A stretch of 64,000 bases of DNA from Glaucostegus cemiculus (Eukaryota). Below, in pieces: positions 58,917-64,000 of the stretch (its first letter is position 1; each line of letters starts with the position of its first letter). The stretch covers positions 34,286,001 through 34,350,000 of the forward strand of contig CDPCPM010000073.1 of NCBI GenBank assembly GCA_976551045.1, written 5' to 3'. Position numbers and translations under genes: made by a program. The notes beneath the pieces were generated by a model, which saw only the letters and a program-made list of their open reading frames with translations, was not told the DNA's origin and ran no database searches.

Positions 58917-61559
58917 GGTCTTTCTAAAATCTGGTCTGTAATGAAATTTGTACAATAGCTTAGTCAAGAAATAGACAGTTTTTATGTATTTATGTATTTC
59001 AAAAAAAAGTTAGGCATTTTTAATATCACAGTGAACGACCATCCAATTGTTCCACTTCGATGAGATGCTTTCAGTGGCCATTGTATATAAAGCAGATACT
59101 AATTAAAAATTAAATTCAAGGTATCAAGAATTATCAAATGAAGTATTTATTTAGCTATACACCATGGATCTCTGTGCCATGAGATATGTATACACAAGGT
59201 GGGATTGTCTTTTCTGTTTTTAATCGCAGCCCATTCTCACCTGACCCAAAGTGTGGTGATAGTGGTGGGAGGGTGAGGGTGAATATCTAGGCTCAAGTGT
59301 CTGTTAGAACCAAGTTTACTTTTTCAGAATCTGCTTCAAGATCTGTCTTTGCAGTGTTCAATGTTTATAGTCTTTAGTCAGTGATGAAATGCAGTGTCCT
59401 CTTGACAGTGTACCAATCCCAGCTTTTGTTCAGCAAACAAATGTGCATTCTATTTACAGAAGTGACTTTACTTCTTGTTCATAATAGAGGCAATGATATA
59501 TTTTTAGTGACCAAGACTGCATTCTCATTTTGATAGCTAACTGAAGACTTTTCCAGAAATTATGGGTCATATACTATCACTGCTATCGATATAACTTGAT
59601 GACCTTTTACAGCTTGTGTGATGAAAGAAAATTGCTGTTGCTGACCGACTTCCGAAAGAAGGTCGAGGGCTTGAATATCACTCCGGAAAAGCATAAAAAA
59701 ATCTAGGCAGACATTTCGGTACAGTATGATGCCAAAAGTGAGCTCCACTGATTGATGTATTACCTTGTGGATCAGACATTAAACCTTCTTAGGTGAATGT
59801 AAAAGATCCCTGGGGATTATACTGAAGAACACTAGTTATTCCTATGCTAATTTGGACATTGTCACTTTGCTGTCACTGGGTCTAAGATCTGGAACTCCCT
59901 ACCACACAATGCTGTAGAAGTTCGATCACCAGGAGGTTTGCAGTGGTCCTCCTGATCCCTACCTTCAAGGGAATTAGAGCTGAGCAAAAAAAAATTGCCA
60001 GCGTCACCCATATCCTATGAATGATTTAAGTCCCAGCAAATATTTATTTATTACATAACCAGCATTTGAGCTTTGTTATTTGTGGTGCTTGTTGTTGTTC
60101 ATGGCTGCTGCATTTCTCAGCTCCTATTGTGGTAACATATCAAAAAGTACTTCATTGACCAAACATTTTGGGGCCACACAAGGTGGTAAAAGATGTCAGA
60201 TTAAACATGAATTTCATCCTGACTACAATATACTTATAATTTATAATTGATCTATCATTGTCTTGAAAGTTTTATATGCTGATGGTGATTTATTTCATGG
60301 GGTGAGGGGGTATGCCATTGCCTTTTAATGAAGTGAAGTAAAATGTTGAATGAACGATGAGTCATTAATCTGATGAGCAGTACCAAAAGACAAGCTGTTT
60401 ATATAGATCATTAAGTCAATAATACTGTTCCAAAAAAAGTACCTAAATGGAAAATAAATGCATTTTGATCAATCTTAGTGTTATTTATGCTGCAAGTGTC
60501 ATAGGCAGATCATAGGTGCCATATCATATTAGCACAAACACCAATGCTACCATTAAGCAAGGGAAACTAAATGTCTAGGAATCTGTGACTATAAAATCTA
60601 TTCTTAATATGCAAACATTGTAATGTTTAAGGCTGCAATAATGAAGTCCTTGTCGAATATGCATTGAAAAATGAACAGAAAAATCTGAACTTGACAATCA
60701 AAGAAAATATACCAAAACATATGTACATTCCCAAAGTCAATGCATGTAACCAAGCAACAATTGCAAAGGGTTTGGATGTTGAATAAAAATTAACTTCAGT
60801 TAGCTCAGTGAAAGGTAAAATTTAGAACCAGTTCTAAAATAATCAATATGCTTGTATTTTTATTAGGAACAAGGCACTAGCCTTCCACATAACTTGCCTT
60901 CATGAGTTTAAGCATTGCATATCTGATTAGCGGCTCAGATTGTGTGACAACATTGATCGTTTCATGGCACTTCAACAATAGATAAAACTATGTGAATAAG
61001 CATAAATGTTTATGCTTAACAACCACCTACCAAATATATCCTGGCATTAAAGTTGACAGTTGAAGTATTCAGGTCACTAATGTAACTTAAACTACATATA
61101 TTCTTACCATGGCGAGGATGATGGTTAATGTTTCAACACAGCTAAAGGCCCAGTAAAACACTGCATTAGCATAAATGCTCAGTCACATCTAATGGAAGTT
61201 CTGAATACTGTTAGGAGGAATACTGTTAGGAAATGCAGCTACAGCCAAGAGCATTCCTCAGCCATATTGGGAGTGAGGAGAAACAATAGACAGAAAAAGG
61301 GAAGTACAGCAGGGGGATTTGAAGCAGATAGGAAAGAGATTAAGAAGTATGATCTTAGAAAATGCTAATGAGTGTAGAAATAGGAGGATAACACAGATAA
61401 ATGTATGGCTAGGGATCAGTCAAGAGGGAGAACTTTAGACTAGTTCTGGAGGAAGTGGGATGTGTACTCGTTGGATAGAGCTGAAGACTTTGGAAGTTCT
61501 CTAGGACTGGGGGACAGGGGGTGGCATTTAAGCCAGTTTGATAGGAGATACACACAGGA

Positions 61560-63175
61560 AAGTGACATTGAAAGGGAGGAAAAAGAACATTTCCAAAAGG
61601 ATTGGGAGAAATAAGCAGCATCAGAACAAGAAACAGTAAGTTTTTAAGACCGGATAGGATAAGAGTATGAGAGAGTCAAAGGTGAGCTTGCAATACATAC
61701 ACACTGTAAACATAGGCAGTATACTAAACATGTTGGTGAACTGCTGGCACAATTAATCATGTGGGATTATGTTAGGCTAGTAAAAGACATGTTGCTAACA
61801 AAAAAAAGGATAAAAATGAGTTCTAGACATTTCTGACTGCTTGAAAGATCAGCTGCACTAAAGTGAATGAAAGAAAAGGACAGGGATTGGCAGTATTGAT
61901 ATTGAACACTCAGTGCTGGAGAGAGAGGCTATCCTGGAATAATCTTTTAAAAATTAAGAAAAAAGACAAGGCTCAATTATACTATTGGCACTAATCTATA
62001 AACTACTGATTAGCAAGAAGAATACTGAGCAGGAAACTCACAGCGAAATTGCAGCTATGTGTAAAAATAATGGAGAAACGATAATAGGGGACTTTATCCA
62101 AATAAGGCTGGAATAACAATTACATAAGGGACAAAGATGATGAGCTGCTACTCAGCACAACTTTATTGATCTATTAGTTACTGGCATTGTTGGTCTTGGT
62201 TCTGGGAAATGTGGCAGGTAAGTGATGCAGTATCAGTAGGAAACATCGAGGAAATGGGGATTATAAGCAAGATTCTGAATATAGAAATGGATTAGACCAC
62301 CAATGTAAAAAAAGAGTCAACCAGTGAAAGTTCAATTTCTGCGGGATGAGAATAAATCTGGCCCAGGTAAAGTGGAATCGGGCAAAAATGCAATAGAACA
62401 ATGGAAGGCTAAAGTGGAGAAGTTTCAACTATGGCCTGGTTACATTCTCATGATGGACAAGGGTAGCAAAATTACAACCAGAGCTCCAAGAACAATCAAA
62501 AAGAGAGTAAAACACAGCAGAAAAAGAGCATAAAAACAGACATCTGGGTGCTAACACAAGTAATAACCAGAGGAGGAATGAGGGGGAAAAAAAGACAAAG
62601 AAAGGGCATGAACAAATATAGAATCCAAAATATGTTCTAAAGGCACATGAATACAGAAAGGGTTGTAAGAGAGACTGAGGCTGTAACATCAGAAACCAAA
62701 AATGAAAGTAGTCATGAAGGCAAAGGACATTGTTGAAGTATTAAAAGAATATCTTTTATCAATTTGCACCAAGGAAGATGATGCACCTGGAACCTCAAAG
62801 GAAGATGTAAATAAGATCTTGGATAGTTGAAATTTGATTAAAAAGGAGACATTAAAGACTAACTGCACATGAAGTGAATATAGTATCTGATTCAGATGGG
62901 ATAGATTGTAGTTTAAGGGAAATAAGGGAAAGGCACTCCAACTCATAATCGTTCTGACTTCGACAGAGGATGTAAAGGTACTGCTCCAGGAGGGGAAAAT
63001 GCAAAAACAAAACTGTGTGGGGGTGAATCCAGTAACTACAGACCAGTCAGTTTAGCGGCAGTGGTGGAGAAAGTTCTAGAAACAATATATAGGTATAGAA
63101 TTAGAAGTCACTTCACCAAGTGCAAATTCATTAGGGAAAGTCAGCATGAGTTTCTTAAATGTAAATCATGCCTAT
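61560..63175 (+). mobile_element. Old degraded CR1 LINE (endonuclease to RT N-terminus)
   Basis: gataataggggacttt, ggtcttggttctgggaaatg, taactacagaccagtcagttta, agtcagcatgagttt remnants. Confidence 0.65.
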
Positions 63176-63199
63176 AGTGATTGTTTTTATTCAGTCAAG

Positions 63200-63700
63200 G
63201 GCTGTGGGCTTCGCAGGCAGAGCCAGCATTATACTATCCATCCCTAATTACTCTTGAGGTGGTGGAGGTAAGCTGCCTTCTTGAACTGCTGCAGTCCTTG
63301 AAGTGTGGGTACACCCATAATGCTGTTAGGGAGGGAGTTCCAGGATTTTGACCCAGTGACAGTGAAAGAACTGAATTATTTAAGTCAGGATAGCATGTGG
63401 CTTGGAGGGCAATTTCCAGGTGGTAGGGTTTCCTATGCTTTTGCTGCCCTTGTCCTTCTAACTAACTGGTAAAGGTTGTGAGTTTGGAGGGTACTATCTA
63501 AGGAGTCTTGGCGAGATGCTCCAATAGATCCTGTAGCTGGTACAAACTGCTGCTACTGAGTATCAGTGGTGGAGTGAGGGAATGGTTGTGGATGGGATAC
63601 CTGTCAAGTCGGCTCCTGTGTCCTGTAGGATGTTGAGCTTATTGAGTGGTATTAAAAGTAGACTCATCAAGGCAAGTAGAGAGTGCAAGCAATGCCCAGG
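63200..63700 (-). mobile_element. CR1/L2-type LINE 3' fragment
   Basis: gagccagcatt...ccatccctaattactcttgag...gagggagttccaggattttgacccagtgac, same family as about 12580-12780 and 13900-14420. Confidence 0.6.
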
Positions 63701-64000
63701 CAATGTAGAGGTTCTATTCTTGACCGCTGTCTGCCAAGGTGATTTCTCCTCAAGTAAGAAACATCCATTTTCTATAGCTACCCATATTGTAGTGCTCTAC
63801 ATACACTTGCTACAATTATTTCATTTCATTAAATAATCACTATAACAATACCCAGAATTAAACTAGTGGCAAATATACTGTGTTCTGTCACTATACATTT
63901 TATTATTACTAGCCTGATAAATGCTTTAAAGATGTATGGGACAAATTGTGTGAAGTTGGATTTCCATTAGTCAGATCATCTGTAATCCTGTATTCCATTA

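Overview
Vertebrate genomic DNA; the repeat content (CR1, Rex/Babar-L2, HE1-like V-SINEs, Penelope-like elements) suggests a cartilaginous fish, probably a ray or skate (inference). Three spliced genes were reconstructed by hand, all with GT-AG introns and continuous frames: (1) an alpha-N-acetylgalactosaminidase-like GH27 gene, + strand, 7 coding exons, 11645-22462, 411 aa; (2) EME2, + strand, 8 exons, 31563-44729, about 449 aa; (3) SPSB3, - strand, 6 coding exons, 58916-51564, 353 aa. The rest is mostly retroelement debris, plus two N gaps. The most striking observation is in EME2 intron 2. An LTR-end-like segment and tRNA-Pro primer-binding site continue into a nearly complete CCA-tailed tRNA-Pro copy with a GGG anticodon (consistent with inosine read as G), and the whole piece sits inside a broken CR1 element. 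It looks like a fossilised tRNA-primed reverse-transcription intermediate. Also notable are minimal hammerhead-ribozyme motifs in Penelope-derived repeats, and a NAGA-type enzyme located in the EME2/SPSB3 block.
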